NCBI GenBank assembly: GCA_964389005.1
Contig: CAYMCV010000001.1
Span: forward strand, 4,957-54,497
DNA: 49,541 nt
Direction of reading: 5' to 3'
Source: an uncultured Lachnospiraceae bacterium
GTDB taxonomy: Bacteria; Bacillota; Clostridia; Lachnospirales; Lachnospiraceae
In this document: one piece after another, positions 29,782 to 39,576 of the stretch
How positions within the stretch are numbered: position 1 is the first letter of the stretch
Layout of the letters: each line of letters opens with the position of its first letter
Program-made: the position numbers and the translations under genes
Notes under the pieces: model-generated
Databases searched by the model: none
Told to the model about the DNA's origin: nothing
What the model saw: the letters and a program-made list of their open reading frames with translations, nothing else

Positions 29782-30408
29782 GTGTCCGCAAAAACACTGT
29801 ATTTAAAAGCAAATCAAAGCGTGGAACTCAGTAAGCAGGAAGTGCTGCTTTCCGATGTCGCAAAGGTCACATCTACGGATCAGGTGCTGTCAGCCAAGGC
29901 AAAAGCTATTCGTTTATACAAATTCAGCGGTAACAAGCACCGACACTGTGTAATCAGTATCATGAAGGTGATTGAACTTATGCAGCAACTCGATGAAAAC
30001 ATCGACATACAAAACATCGGAGAAACAGATATCGTGGTGGAGTACAGACCACAGGAGAAACAGGGTGGTAGGATGGAATGGCTAAAAATCACTCTTGTAA
30101 TCATGATTTCCTTTCTTGGAACCATGTTTACGATTATGTCATTCCACAATGATGTCGGAATTCAATCGGTATTTATGAGAGTATATGAAATATGCGGTAT
30201 TGAAAGCAGCCCGTTCGGCGTATTGGAAATTGCGTATTCCGTCGGACTCGCGATTGGTATCGTGGTGTTTTTTAACCACATCGGAAAGAAGAACATTACA
30301 ACGGACCCGACACCGATAGAAGTGGAGATGAAAATGTATGAGCAGGATGTGAATACAACGTGGATTCTGGATTCCGGTAAAAAGGGAGAGGAAATAGATG
30401 TTACTTAA
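29782..30408 (+). CDS. spoVAA: stage V sporulation protein AA
   Basis: GTG start after GGAGGGG. FHNDVG...VVFFNHIGKK...PTPIEVEMKMYEQD matches the B. subtilis SpoVAA C-terminal pattern. Confidence 0.85.
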   Translation: MSAKTLYLKANQSVELSKQEVLLSDVAKVTSTDQVLSAKAKAIRLYKFSGNKHRHCVISIMKVIELMQQLDENIDIQNIGETDIVVEYRPQEKQGGRMEWLKITLVIMISFLGTMFTIMSFHNDVGIQSVFMRVYEICGIESSPFGVLEIAYSVGLAIGIVVFFNHIGKKNITTDPTPIEVEMKMYEQDVNTTWILDSGKKGEEIDVT

Positions 30409-30859
30409 ACTGGTTATTTTGGCAGTCAGCAGCGCGTCATTCGGGTTGCTGGTTGCAAGCGGCGTCTTTACGGTACTGGTGGCGGTGGGCTTGGTGCCAC
30501 GTTTCGCCGCCAAAACGCATACGGCACACAAGGTTCGGCTTTACGAGGGCGCCATTGTATGCGGAACCATATTGGGCTGTATCGTGAGTATCTTTCCGTG
30601 GGAGGAACTGTTCTCATCACAATTGCAGGGCCTTGCAGCATTGCTTGCGCGTATCCTCATCGGAATCGGAGGATTGTTTGCCGGAATTTTTGTGGGCTGT
30701 TTTGCTATGGCGGTAGCCGAGGTGTTAAACAGCATTCCGATTTTTGCAAGAAGAATTCGATTTGAAAAAGGGCTAAAAAGCGCCGTGTGGGCATTGGCAA
30801 TCGGGAAAATGTTGGGAAGTGCGATTTACTTCATTTTTCAGTTTTATCTATATGAATAA
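30398..30859 (+). CDS. spoVAB: stage V sporulation protein AB
   Basis: 153-aa membrane protein. GLVPRFAAKTHTA...YEGAIVCGTILG and AEVLNSIPIFARR match SpoVAB. Overlaps spoVAA by 11 nt. Confidence 0.85.
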   Translation: MLLKLVILAVSSASFGLLVASGVFTVLVAVGLVPRFAAKTHTAHKVRLYEGAIVCGTILGCIVSIFPWEELFSSQLQGLAALLARILIGIGGLFAGIFVGCFAMAVAEVLNSIPIFARRIRFEKGLKSAVWALAIGKMLGSAIYFIFQFYLYE

Positions 30860-30915
30860 TCACATGCAAGCGATTGATTATCGGTAACTATCGTCATAAC
30901 AGAAAGGGAAATCAA

Positions 30916-31362
30916 ATGGAAAAGAAAGAGTATCAGGCGTATATCAAGGAAGTGACACCGACCAATCAACTTTGGGTACAGATGCTGAAAGCCTTCATTA
31001 CGGGGGGCATCATCTGTACGATTGGGCAGGCAATTCTGCAATTCGGAAGTGCAACGTTAGGCTTGGATGAAAAGATGGCAGGGAGTTTTGATGCCATGAT
31101 TTTGATTCTGCTAAGCATTCTGTTAACAGGATTCAATATCTATCCCAAAATCGTGAAATGGGGCGGCGCAGGCGCACTGGTACCGATTACGGGATTCGCA
31201 AATTCGGTGGCAGCACCTGCCATTGAATACAGAAAGGAAGGATTGGTTTACGGAATCGGTGTAAAAATTTTTACGATTGCCGGACCGGTTATTCTGTATG
31301 GTATTTTTACCAGTTGGTTATTGGGTCTTATTTATTGGCTGATGAATGTACTGACCACATAG
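30916..31362 (+). CDS. spoVAC: stage V sporulation protein AC
   Basis: MEKKEYQAYIKEVTP...AFITGGIICTIGQ ... GAGALVPITGFANSV. Start taken at ATG 30916, not the track's 30874. Confidence 0.9.
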   Translation: MEKKEYQAYIKEVTPTNQLWVQMLKAFITGGIICTIGQAILQFGSATLGLDEKMAGSFDAMILILLSILLTGFNIYPKIVKWGGAGALVPITGFANSVAAPAIEYRKEGLVYGIGVKIFTIAGPVILYGIFTSWLLGLIYWLMNVLTT

Positions 31363-31366
31363 ACGA

Positions 31367-32983
31367 TTATACATTCATTGCGCGGATAGCTTTTCGCAAG
31401 GGTAGAATCATAGAGGGTGAGACTGAAAGTTCGTCAATTCCCCATGCGATTAGTTGCTTGGCAAAGATGGGATCACCGGCGGCTTCTCCGCATACGCCGA
31501 CTCTGCAACCGGCACGGTGCCCGTTTTCAATGACGGTGTGAATTAGTCGAAGTACCGCTTCGTGGTTCGAGTTATAATATGAAGCCAGGTGGTTGTTCTG
31601 TCGGTCTGTGGCAAGCGTGTACTGAGTCAAATCATTGGTTCCGATACTGAAGAAATCAACCTCTTTTGCCAAAAGGTCGCTGATGACGGCGGCAGCGGGT
31701 GTTTCTATCATGATACCAATGGGCATATTGCCAAAAGGTTGATGTTCGTTTTGTAATTCACGCTTTGCTTCATCCAAAAGTTGCTTGCAGGACAAAATCT
31801 CATTGACAGACGTAATCATCGGAAACATGATACTAATGTTTCCGCAGACAGCGGCGCGAAGTAATGCACGCAATTGTGTGCGGAAAACTGCGGTTTCCGC
31901 AAGACAGAGTCGAATACCGCGTAAGCCGAGTGCCGGATTTTCTTCGCGGTGTTGCGGGAGACTTTTGAGCTGCTTATCTGCGCCAATGTCCATGGTTCGA
32001 ATGATTAATTTGCGTCCATTCAGCAGTTTGGCAGCCTGCATATAATCATGGAACTGTCGCTCCTCAGTCGGCAGAGATGCCGATTTCATATATAAGAATT
32101 CGCTTCGATAAAGTCCAATGCCTTCCGCATCATTGTTGAGAGCTTCTCGTATGGATGAGAGATCGCCGACATTGGCGTAAAGGTTAACATAATGTCCCAT
32201 TTGTGTCACGGTTTTGAGACCGATTTGTTCTTTGAGATGTTCCGATTCACATTGTAACTGTTTGCGGTGGCGATTGGCTTCTTCGATTTGAGCCGCATCG
32301 GGGTCAATAATCAATGTTTTTTGGGTACAGTCAAGAAGTGCCAAGTGCCCGTTCCAATCAGGTGAGATATCAACACCGCACATCGCGGGGATTCCCATTC
32401 CTCGTGCCAAAACAGCCACATGAGAGTTGGGGGAACCTGACTTGGTAATGATTGCGCATAACAAATCGGAATTCATTCGCACCGTATCACCGGGTGTCAG
32501 TGTCTCTGCAATGATCATGGACGGAACCGTAGGCATGGAAGGTGTGAGCGAGGTATCGCCCAGGGTAGAAAGCAACAATTGTGTGACGTCACAGAAATCA
32601 ACAGCGCGTTCACGAATCAGGGCATCCGTTGCTTTGGATAGGGTACTGCCCAATTCCTCGGCGGCTTTTTGCACTGCATATTCTGCATTGACTCGTTCCC
32701 GCAATATGTGCGAAGTAACATTTTCTGTAAAAATCGGGTCGAATAGAAGCAGTTTCTGTGCATCGAAAATCATAGCCTCATCTTCATAGGCCAAATCAAG
32801 CATTTCTTCTTTCAGTTCGTCAAGTCGTTTCGCGGCAATCTCGCAAGCATCGGAAAAACGCTGTATCTGCACATCAGGATTGGTAATAATGACTTTCTCC
32901 ATGGTGTGCATCTCCGATTTTATATAAAAAATGGGAGCAACGACAATGCCTGCAGATAAAGGTTGACCTTTGATGATTTCCAT
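31367..32983 (-). CDS. ptsI: phosphoenolpyruvate-protein phosphotransferase (PTS enzyme I)
   Basis: Phospho-His loop GSPNSHVAVLARGMGIPA, GLYRSEFLYM, and C-terminal FFSIGTNDLTQY with the catalytic Cys region. Confidence 0.95.
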   Translation of the reverse strand: MEIIKGQPLSAGIVVAPIFYIKSEMHTMEKVIITNPDVQIQRFSDACEIAAKRLDELKEEMLDLAYEDEAMIFDAQKLLLFDPIFTENVTSHILRERVNAEYAVQKAAEELGSTLSKATDALIRERAVDFCDVTQLLLSTLGDTSLTPSMPTVPSMIIAETLTPGDTVRMNSDLLCAIITKSGSPNSHVAVLARGMGIPAMCGVDISPDWNGHLALLDCTQKTLIIDPDAAQIEEANRHRKQLQCESEHLKEQIGLKTVTQMGHYVNLYANVGDLSSIREALNNDAEGIGLYRSEFLYMKSASLPTEERQFHDYMQAAKLLNGRKLIIRTMDIGADKQLKSLPQHREENPALGLRGIRLCLAETAVFRTQLRALLRAAVCGNISIMFPMITSVNEILSCKQLLDEAKRELQNEHQPFGNMPIGIMIETPAAAVISDLLAKEVDFFSIGTNDLTQYTLATDRQNNHLASYYNSNHEAVLRLIHTVIENGHRAGCRVGVCGEAAGDPIFAKQLIAWGIDELSVSPSMILPLRKAIRAMNV

Positions 32984-33141
32984 AAAAATGCCTCTTTTCT
33001 TATGACGTCAATTACAGTATAAATGACAAACACTATTTTTTCAAGCATCACACTTGCGTTATAGGGGATAACATGGCACAATAATGGTACGTGTGCGCAA
33101 TTTGTGCCGTAGGCGGTTACAAGGAAGGAGCGAGAGGTTGA

Positions 33142-33816
33142 ATGAAACGTGAAGATGCAGAACAATGTCCCTTATTCAAAGGACTTACGACAGAAGAATA
33201 TCTGTATGCATTAGAATTCTTTGAAGTCAGAACGGCAGCATATCATAAGGGAGAATTACTTTCACGTCTTGGCACGCCGCTATCGGAATTCGGGTTTGTA
33301 CTGTCCGGTACCATTCAGGTATATATGCACGACTTGGACGGAAACCCAATCATTATGGCGAATGTTGGGCGCGGCGGAACATTTGGAGAGTCGTTGTGTT
33401 TCTTGGGGACAATTCCCCCAATCTATATTCATGCCTGTACGGATGCATCGATACTCTGGATGAAAACGGACGGAATCAAGCGAACAGATGATATTGAGGA
33501 GTTTTCGGAAATTCGTTTGAAACTGACCAACCGTTTTATTACACTTCTTTCAAGTCGAACACTATCAATGAACGACCGCGTACAGATTTTATCTAAAATA
33601 TCTTTGCGGGATAAATTGATTACATACTTTTCACAGCAGATGAATCGTTTTCAAAGCAACCGTTTCACGGTTCCTTTTAACAGAAGCGATATGGCAGTTT
33701 ATCTAGGAACCAATCGGAGTGCGTTGTCAAGAGAACTTTCTCATATGCGAGACGAGGGGATACTTGAATTTGAAAATAATCGTTTCCGCATTCACCAAAA
33801 TTTTGAGCAAAAATAA
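33142..33816 (+). CDS. Crp/Fnr-family transcriptional regulator
   Basis: N-terminal cNMP-binding beta-roll (GTFGESLCF) and C-terminal HTH (SDMAVYLGTNRSALSRELSHMRDEG). No FNR-type Cys cluster. Confidence 0.85.
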   Translation: MKREDAEQCPLFKGLTTEEYLYALEFFEVRTAAYHKGELLSRLGTPLSEFGFVLSGTIQVYMHDLDGNPIIMANVGRGGTFGESLCFLGTIPPIYIHACTDASILWMKTDGIKRTDDIEEFSEIRLKLTNRFITLLSSRTLSMNDRVQILSKISLRDKLITYFSQQMNRFQSNRFTVPFNRSDMAVYLGTNRSALSRELSHMRDEGILEFENNRFRIHQNFEQK

Positions 33817-33821
33817 TCTAC

Positions 33822-33839
33822 GCGTTGCAATTGCAACGC
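33822..33839. promoter_or_regulatory. perfect 18-bp palindrome GCGTTGCAATTGCAACGC (operator or loop-poor hairpin)
   Basis: Read directly from the sequence. It lies 6 nt after the Crp-family stop and 112 nt before the ABC-transporter start, with no downstream T-tract. Confidence 0.4.
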
Positions 33840-33950
33840 ACTTTCCTGTACTGTGCGATTATACTGTGCTTAACGATGCGACATCTCCGGTTTCAAATCA
33901 GAGGTATTGTGTCGGATCAACGATTACATAGTTGCAGAAAAGAGGAGCAT

Positions 33951-34925
33951 ATGAAAAAATTACTTGGTATGGTATTGATTTTTAGCATGATGACCGCGCT
34001 GATTGCGGGGTGCGGTAAAGCAAAGGAAGAAGACGTGACGATTCGCGTTGCGGGACTGACGGGACCCACCACAATGGGGATGGTCGGACTGATGAAGGCG
34101 GATGCGGAAGGAACTTCTGCCAATGATTATGAGTTTTTGGTTGCGGGAAGTGCAGACGAGGTTACGCCGAAATTAATTCAGGGCGAACTTGATATCGCAT
34201 CTGTTCCGGCGAATTTGGCATCGGTACTTTACAACAATTCCGATGGTGCGGTACAGGTTCTGGCGATCAATACGCTGGGGGTTCTGTACATTGTCGAGAA
34301 GGGCGAGACAATACAGTCGCTGTCCGACCTCAAGGGTCAGACCATATATGCGACGGGGAAGGGTTCCACGCCGGAGTATAATTTGCGCTATTTGCTTTCG
34401 GCAAACGGCATTGACCCAGATAACGATGTGACCATTGAATTCAAAAGTGAACCGAACGAAGTGGTGGCACTGCTTGCGGAACAGGAGGGCGGAATTGCCA
34501 TGTTACCGCAACCGTATGTGACGGTGGCGAAGGGAAACGTTGAGGGTTTACGTGTTGCAATCAGTTTAAATGATGAATGGAATGCACTCGGAAACGGCAG
34601 TAACATGGTGACGGGTGTTGTTGTGGCAAGGAGCGCGTTTGTGGAGGAACATCCCGCAGCTGTTGCGGCGTTCTTGAAGGAGTATCAGGCATCGGTGGAT
34701 TATGTGAATGCAAACCCCGAAGAAGCGGCGGTATTGATTGAAGAAAACGGAATTGTGAAAGCAGCGGTGGCACAGAAGGCAATCCCCGATTGCAATATGA
34801 CATATCTCGCGGGGGCGGATATGAAGAATGCATTGCAGGGATATCTACAGGTCTTGTATGACCAGAATGCAAAATCGGTCGGCTCGGCATTACCGGCAGA
34901 TGATTTCTATTATGAAGGAAAGTAG
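33951..34925 (+). CDS. ABC transporter substrate-binding lipoprotein (NMT1/SsuA/TauA-like)
   Basis: Start ATG 33951 after AGAGGAG. Lipobox LIAGC in MKKLLGMVLIFSMMTALIAGCGK. Periplasmic-binding-fold composition. Confidence 0.8.
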   Translation: MKKLLGMVLIFSMMTALIAGCGKAKEEDVTIRVAGLTGPTTMGMVGLMKADAEGTSANDYEFLVAGSADEVTPKLIQGELDIASVPANLASVLYNNSDGAVQVLAINTLGVLYIVEKGETIQSLSDLKGQTIYATGKGSTPEYNLRYLLSANGIDPDNDVTIEFKSEPNEVVALLAEQEGGIAMLPQPYVTVAKGNVEGLRVAISLNDEWNALGNGSNMVTGVVVARSAFVEEHPAAVAAFLKEYQASVDYVNANPEEAAVLIEENGIVKAAVAQKAIPDCNMTYLAGADMKNALQGYLQVLYDQNAKSVGSALPADDFYYEGK

Positions 34926-35664
34926 TACATTAAAAAAACTGGCGGCATTTGCCGTTGCAATCTTGCTCTGGCAGATTGCCGCCGGTGTATTGAACCAAAA
35001 AATATTACTGGCGTCCCCGATTGCGGTTTTTATGCGTTTGCTCGTCATATGGACGGAAGAAGGATTTCTATCGACCATATGGTTTAGTTTCATACGCATT
35101 GTCGGGGGCTTTTTATGTGCATTATTGATCGGAACGCTACTGGCGGTTCTTTCATCGCGTGCGCGTATCATCGAGATTTTTCTCATGCCGTACATGGTGA
35201 CCATCAAATCCGTACCCGTGGCTTCTTTTATCATTATCAGCCTTGTCTGGCTGTCTTCCGCGCAGCTGTCAATTTTTATCTCATTTCTGATGGTCTTGCC
35301 GATTGTATATACGAACGTGCTGAACGGAATCAAGAGTGTGGATGTCAAAATGCTGGAAATGGCAGAAGTGTTCCGCCTATCATGGCGCAAAAAATTTCTC
35401 TACATTCTGTTGCCGCAGATGAAGCCGTTTGTGTTGGCGGCGTGCAGTGTCTCGCTGGGACTTTCGTGGAAAGCCGGAATAGCGGCGGAAGTCATCGGAA
35501 TTCCGCGCGGCTCCGTCGGGGAGATGCTCTATGAGGCCAAGGTCTACTTAAATACAGTGGATTTATTTGCGTGGACGGTTTTGATTGTGGCAATCAGCCT
35601 TGCGTTTGAGAAGGTCTTCATGTTGCTGCTGCGACGACTTTTTGCGAGATTGGAGCGTGTATGA
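34912..35664 (+). CDS. ABC transporter permease (SsuC/TauC-like)
   Basis: About 6 TM helices. EAA-like loop MLEMAEVFRLSWRKKFLYILLPQMKP. Overlaps the upstream gene by 14 nt. Confidence 0.85.
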   Translation: MKESSTLKKLAAFAVAILLWQIAAGVLNQKILLASPIAVFMRLLVIWTEEGFLSTIWFSFIRIVGGFLCALLIGTLLAVLSSRARIIEIFLMPYMVTIKSVPVASFIIISLVWLSSAQLSIFISFLMVLPIVYTNVLNGIKSVDVKMLEMAEVFRLSWRKKFLYILLPQMKPFVLAACSVSLGLSWKAGIAAEVIGIPRGSVGEMLYEAKVYLNTVDLFAWTVLIVAISLAFEKVFMLLLRRLFARLERV

Positions 35665-36236
35665 CAGAGATTCGTTTGGAACATATAGATAAAAATTACA
35701 AAGATAAGATAGTTCTGAAAGATTTCAGCGCAACATTTCCGGAAGGAAGCGTGACATGTATCATGGGACCGTCGGGTTGTGGAAAAACTACGGTTTTAAG
35801 ATTGATTTTGGGACTGGAAAAGCAATCTGCGGGAAGTATTTCAGGCGTTCCTTCGCGCACTTCGGTCGTGTTTCAGGAAGACCGGCTTTGCGAGGATTTC
35901 TCTGCGTTTACGAATATCTTGATGTGTGTCGATTCGAAGATGGATACGACAGGGATTATGGAGGATTTGGAAGCGGTGGGATTGAAGGAAAGTGCAATGC
36001 TTCCGGTAAGAGAACTCTCCGGCGGAATGAAACGACGTGTGGCGATTGTGCGCGCCATGTGTGCCCCCGGGGATTTGATTGTTATGGATGAACCGCTCAG
36101 TGGTCTGGATGAAGAAAACAAGCGCAATGTGATTGCGTATATCAAAGATAAAAGCATAGGTAAAACCATGCTGATTGTTACACATGACAAGGCGGAAGCG
36201 GAGATATTCGACGGTGAACTGCTATTGATGGAATGA
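35661..36236 (+). CDS. ABC transporter ATP-binding protein (compact, 191 aa)
   Basis: Walker A GPSGCGKTT, signature LSGGMKRR, Walker B LIVMDEP, H-loop VTHD. ATGA overlap with the permease gene. Confidence 0.9.
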   Translation: MTEIRLEHIDKNYKDKIVLKDFSATFPEGSVTCIMGPSGCGKTTVLRLILGLEKQSAGSISGVPSRTSVVFQEDRLCEDFSAFTNILMCVDSKMDTTGIMEDLEAVGLKESAMLPVRELSGGMKRRVAIVRAMCAPGDLIVMDEPLSGLDEENKRNVIAYIKDKSIGKTMLIVTHDKAEAEIFDGELLLME

Positions 36237-36261
36237 TTGAAGCCGGGATAATTATTTTTTA

Positions 36262-36290
36262 TTGCGAAGTACCGAAACGTGGGATATAAT
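36262..36290 (+). promoter_or_regulatory. sigma-A-type promoter for glnA
   Basis: TTGCGA (36262-36267), 17 nt, TATAAT (36285-36290). Confidence 0.6.
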
Positions 36291-36322
36291 TATGATATCA
36301 ATCGAAGGAGGTACTTTTTTTT

Positions 36323-37747
36323 ATGGGCAAAACAGTACAGGATGTTATGCAGATGATACAAGATCTGGACATCAAAATGGTGGACTTTAAGATGGTTGAT
36401 ATCAACGGACAGTTCCGCCATGTAACAATACCGGCACAGAATTTTTCTGAAGACACCATGAAAGACGGGGTTGGGTTTGATGCTTCCAATTACGGATATG
36501 CGGAAGTTCAGAAGTCAGACATGGTATTCATACCGGATCCGAACACGGCATTGGTGGATCCTTTTTGCGAGATTCCTACATTGTCGATGACGGGAAACGC
36601 GATGATGATTGATTATCCGAACAATCGTCCGTTGTCGCAGTATCCGCGAAACATCACGTTGGCGGCAGAGCAGTATCTGAAGGATTCGGGGATTGCGGAT
36701 ACGATGTTGATTCTTCCGGAATTTGAATTTTATCTGTTCAATCAGGCAGGATGGAAAATCGATGCCGATCAGATAACGGCGTTTGTGGATGCAGACCAGG
36801 CACATTGGAACAGCGAAACGGAAGGATTCGGCGCAGTCATTCCGCCGCAGAAGGCATATCATATTGCAAAACCGTTGGATGTTACCTATGAGTGCAGAAG
36901 CGAGATGTGTCTTGAAATCGAAAAAGCCGGAATTTCCGTAAAGTATCATCATCCGGAAGTCGGAGCGGCAGGACAGTTTGAAATCGAGCCGAAACTGGGC
37001 AAGATGTCCGAGATGGCGGATGCAACGATGATGATTAAGTACATCATTCATAATGTTGCAGCGAAGTATGATATGACGGCAACATTTATGCCGAAGCCGG
37101 TTTTTGGCGAAGCCGGAAGCGGTATGCACGTACATATGCTTTTGTTAAAAGACGGAGAACCGGTATTTTCGGATGATAACGGATATTCACACTTGAGCGA
37201 GACCGCACATTACTTTATGGGCGGATTGTTGAAGCATATTGCATCGTTGTGTGCGATTACGAATCCCAGCACCAATTCTTTCAAACGTTTGGTTCCCGGC
37301 TTTGAGGCACCGGTTACCGTAGGATACGCTACATCCAACAGAAGCGCGGTTATTCGTATTCCCGCATACGCGAAGACACCGAATATGCGTCGTTTCGAAC
37401 TTCGTAATCCTGATGCAACGACGAATCCGTATTTCTGCTATGCGGCAATTCTGATGGCAGGAATCGACGGCGTGAAGAATAAAATAGACCCGCATGCGAA
37501 CGGATGGGGTCCTTACGACATGAATCTCTATACCTTGTCTGAGGAAGAAAAAGCGAAACTGACAGGGTTGCCGACCTCCCTTGAGGAAGCATTGAAGGCA
37601 CTTGAGAACGATCATGACTATTTGACGGCTGGCGGTGTATTTCCGGAGCATTTGCTTCAGAATTTCATCCAAATCAAGAAAGCGGAATGCGCGAAGATGG
37701 CTGCGATACCGCATCCGGCAGAGTTTGAGAAATACTTTAATCTGTAA
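36323..37747 (+). CDS. glnA: glutamine synthetase, type I
   Basis: 474 aa. FDASNYGY, KYHHPEVGAAGQFEI, GSGMHVHMLL and NRSAVIRIP motifs. Confidence 0.95.
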   Translation: MGKTVQDVMQMIQDLDIKMVDFKMVDINGQFRHVTIPAQNFSEDTMKDGVGFDASNYGYAEVQKSDMVFIPDPNTALVDPFCEIPTLSMTGNAMMIDYPNNRPLSQYPRNITLAAEQYLKDSGIADTMLILPEFEFYLFNQAGWKIDADQITAFVDADQAHWNSETEGFGAVIPPQKAYHIAKPLDVTYECRSEMCLEIEKAGISVKYHHPEVGAAGQFEIEPKLGKMSEMADATMMIKYIIHNVAAKYDMTATFMPKPVFGEAGSGMHVHMLLLKDGEPVFSDDNGYSHLSETAHYFMGGLLKHIASLCAITNPSTNSFKRLVPGFEAPVTVGYATSNRSAVIRIPAYAKTPNMRRFELRNPDATTNPYFCYAAILMAGIDGVKNKIDPHANGWGPYDMNLYTLSEEEKAKLTGLPTSLEEALKALENDHDYLTAGGVFPEHLLQNFIQIKKAECAKMAAIPHPAEFEKYFNL

Positions 37748-37757
37748 GCTAAAAAAT

Positions 37758-37797
37758 AAGGATTTGCGGTTTCAACCGCAAATCCTTTTCTTTTTTA
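37758..37797. terminator. bidirectional rho-independent terminator between convergent glnA and purA
   Basis: 13-bp stem AAGGATTTGCGGT/ACCGCAAATCCTT with a TTCA loop. Flanked by an A-tract upstream and TTCTTTTTT downstream. Confidence 0.85.
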
Positions 37798-37800
37798 GGT

Positions 37801-39081
37801 CTATTTATTTCTATAAATGATGTCTTCACGTTTCGGTCCGTTGGAAACCATGGTAATCGGAAATCCGATTTGCTTCTCTACGAATTCAATATAGTTACGG
37901 CAGTTCTCCGGCAGCTCTTCGTAGGTCTTGATGCCGCGAATATCGCACTTCCATCCGGGCAATACTTGAAGTACCGGTTTTGCCTTTTCAAGCAATCCTG
38001 TTGTCGGGAAATCAGTGGTGATTTTTCCGTCGATTTCATAACCGATACATACGGGAATTTCATCCAGATATCCCAATACATCGAGAACCGTAAAAGCAAC
38101 ATCGGTGGTACCTTGGATACGGCAGCCGTACTTGGAGGCAACCGCATCGAACCATCCCATACGTCTCGGACGGCCGGTTGTTGCACCGAATTCGCCGCCG
38201 TCACCGCCGCGATTTCGAAGTTCGTCTGCTTCTTCGCCGAAGATCTCACTGACGAAAGCGCCTGCGCCGACTGCACTGGAGTAGGCCTTGACCACAGTGA
38301 TAATCTGCTTGATTTCATATGGCGGAATACCTGCACCGATGGCACCGTAAGCCGCCAAGGTGGAAGAAGAAGTTACCATCGGATAGATGCCGTGATCCGG
38401 ATCCTTGAGAGAACCGAGTTGTCCTTCCAAAAGAATGTTTTTCCCGTCTTTGATAGCCTGATAGAGATATGCGGATACATCGCATACATAGGGCGCAATC
38501 ATCTCACGATATTCCATTAGGGTATCATACAGCGCATCAACATCCAACAAGGGTTTGTGATACAAGTGCTCCAAAAGGATGTTTTTGGTCACTGCAACGC
38601 GCTCCAGTTTCTCTTTTAGTGTATCCGGCTGAAAAAGTTCATTGACCTGAAAGCCGATTTTGGCAAATTTATCTGAATAAAAAGGTGCAATTCCGGACTT
38701 GGTGGAGCCAAAGGATTTACCGGCAAGACGTTCCTCTTCGTAGGCATCAAAAAGAATGTGATAGGGCATCACAATCTGCGCCCTGTCCGAAATCAGCAAC
38801 TTCGGCATCGGCACGCCTTTGGAAGTGATGTCCGTGATTTCCTTGAACAGAATCGGAATATTCAGGGCAACACCGTTACCGATGATGCTGGTGGTGTGAT
38901 TGTAGAAAACGCCGGAAGGCAGTGTGTGAAGTGCGAATTTGCCGTAATTATTTACAATTGTATGTCCTGCATTGGCACCACCCTGAAAACGAATAATGAT
39001 ATCGGATTCCATAGCCAATGTGTCAGTGATTTTTCCTTTTCCTTCGTCGCCCCAGTTGGCGCCGACAATTGCTTTAACCAT
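37801..39081 (-). CDS. purA: adenylosuccinate synthase
   Basis: MVKAIVGANWGDEGKGKITD P-loop, GGANAGHT and TTGRPRRMGWFD. Start taken at 39081 (AGGAGA 7 nt upstream) rather than the track's 39171. Confidence 0.97.
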   Translation of the reverse strand: MVKAIVGANWGDEGKGKITDTLAMESDIIIRFQGGANAGHTIVNNYGKFALHTLPSGVFYNHTTSIIGNGVALNIPILFKEITDITSKGVPMPKLLISDRAQIVMPYHILFDAYEEERLAGKSFGSTKSGIAPFYSDKFAKIGFQVNELFQPDTLKEKLERVAVTKNILLEHLYHKPLLDVDALYDTLMEYREMIAPYVCDVSAYLYQAIKDGKNILLEGQLGSLKDPDHGIYPMVTSSSTLAAYGAIGAGIPPYEIKQIITVVKAYSSAVGAGAFVSEIFGEEADELRNRGGDGGEFGATTGRPRRMGWFDAVASKYGCRIQGTTDVAFTVLDVLGYLDEIPVCIGYEIDGKITTDFPTTGLLEKAKPVLQVLPGWKCDIRGIKTYEELPENCRNYIEFVEKQIGFPITMVSNGPKREDIIYRNK

Positions 39082-39182
39082 AATGATTTCTCCTATCCGA
39101 AGCATCGAATTCTTGGAGCCGAACAAGTAATTTGTCGGTTGTGCGTTTGTGATGCTTCTGTCAAACAGCACTTCATTATCAT

Positions 39183-39211
39183 AGTATAAAACACGGTATA
39201 AGTAAAATCAA
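39183..39211 (-). promoter_or_regulatory. sigma-A-type promoter for purA
   Basis: On the minus strand: TTGATT (39211-39206), 17 nt, TATACT (39188-39183). The ~100-nt leader contains a hairpin GAAGCATC...GATGCTTC (39099-39158). Confidence 0.5.
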
Positions 39212-39541
39212 TAATAATTATGTTGTGCATAATCCAAGATTATGACATCATGAAATAGTGATAGTTTTGAATGCTGTAAAAGTGTTGACGGTATTTTCAA
39301 TCTCATAATTTATCATAAAAATATCAATTATTTCATACAGCTGATGTTATATAGTCCGTCAAAACGACATATGAAGCATGAATACTTGCTATTTTAGGCT
39401 TAAATGTCGCAATAATACGCAGCATTCGACAAGATAACGCGCAATAATGCACGTTACAACAGAATAATACATTCAAAAATTTCATAAACTGGAAGATATT
39501 AGAAAAAAGATAAAAAATATAGAAAAAAACAGATAAATATG

Positions 39542-39570
39542 TTGACAAATGAGACGAGCTTGCATATAAT
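39542..39570 (+). promoter_or_regulatory. near-consensus sigma-A promoter with upstream A-tract (UP-like) element and no downstream plus-strand CDS
   Basis: TTGACA (39542-39547), 17 nt, TATAAT (39565-39570). Preceded by AGAAAAAAGATAAAAAATATAGAAAAAAACAGATAAATA (39501-39539). Confidence 0.6.
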
Positions 39571-39576
39571 AAGTTT

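Noticed and set aside
36268-36322. Terminator/attenuator-like hairpin (AGTACC...GGTACT + T8) in front of glnA
   Set aside because: The 5' arm lies inside the spacer of the TTGCGA-17-TATAAT promoter and would not be transcribed. The T-run is just the RBS-to-ATG spacer. No GlnR/TnrA TGTNA-N7-TNACA box was seen either.
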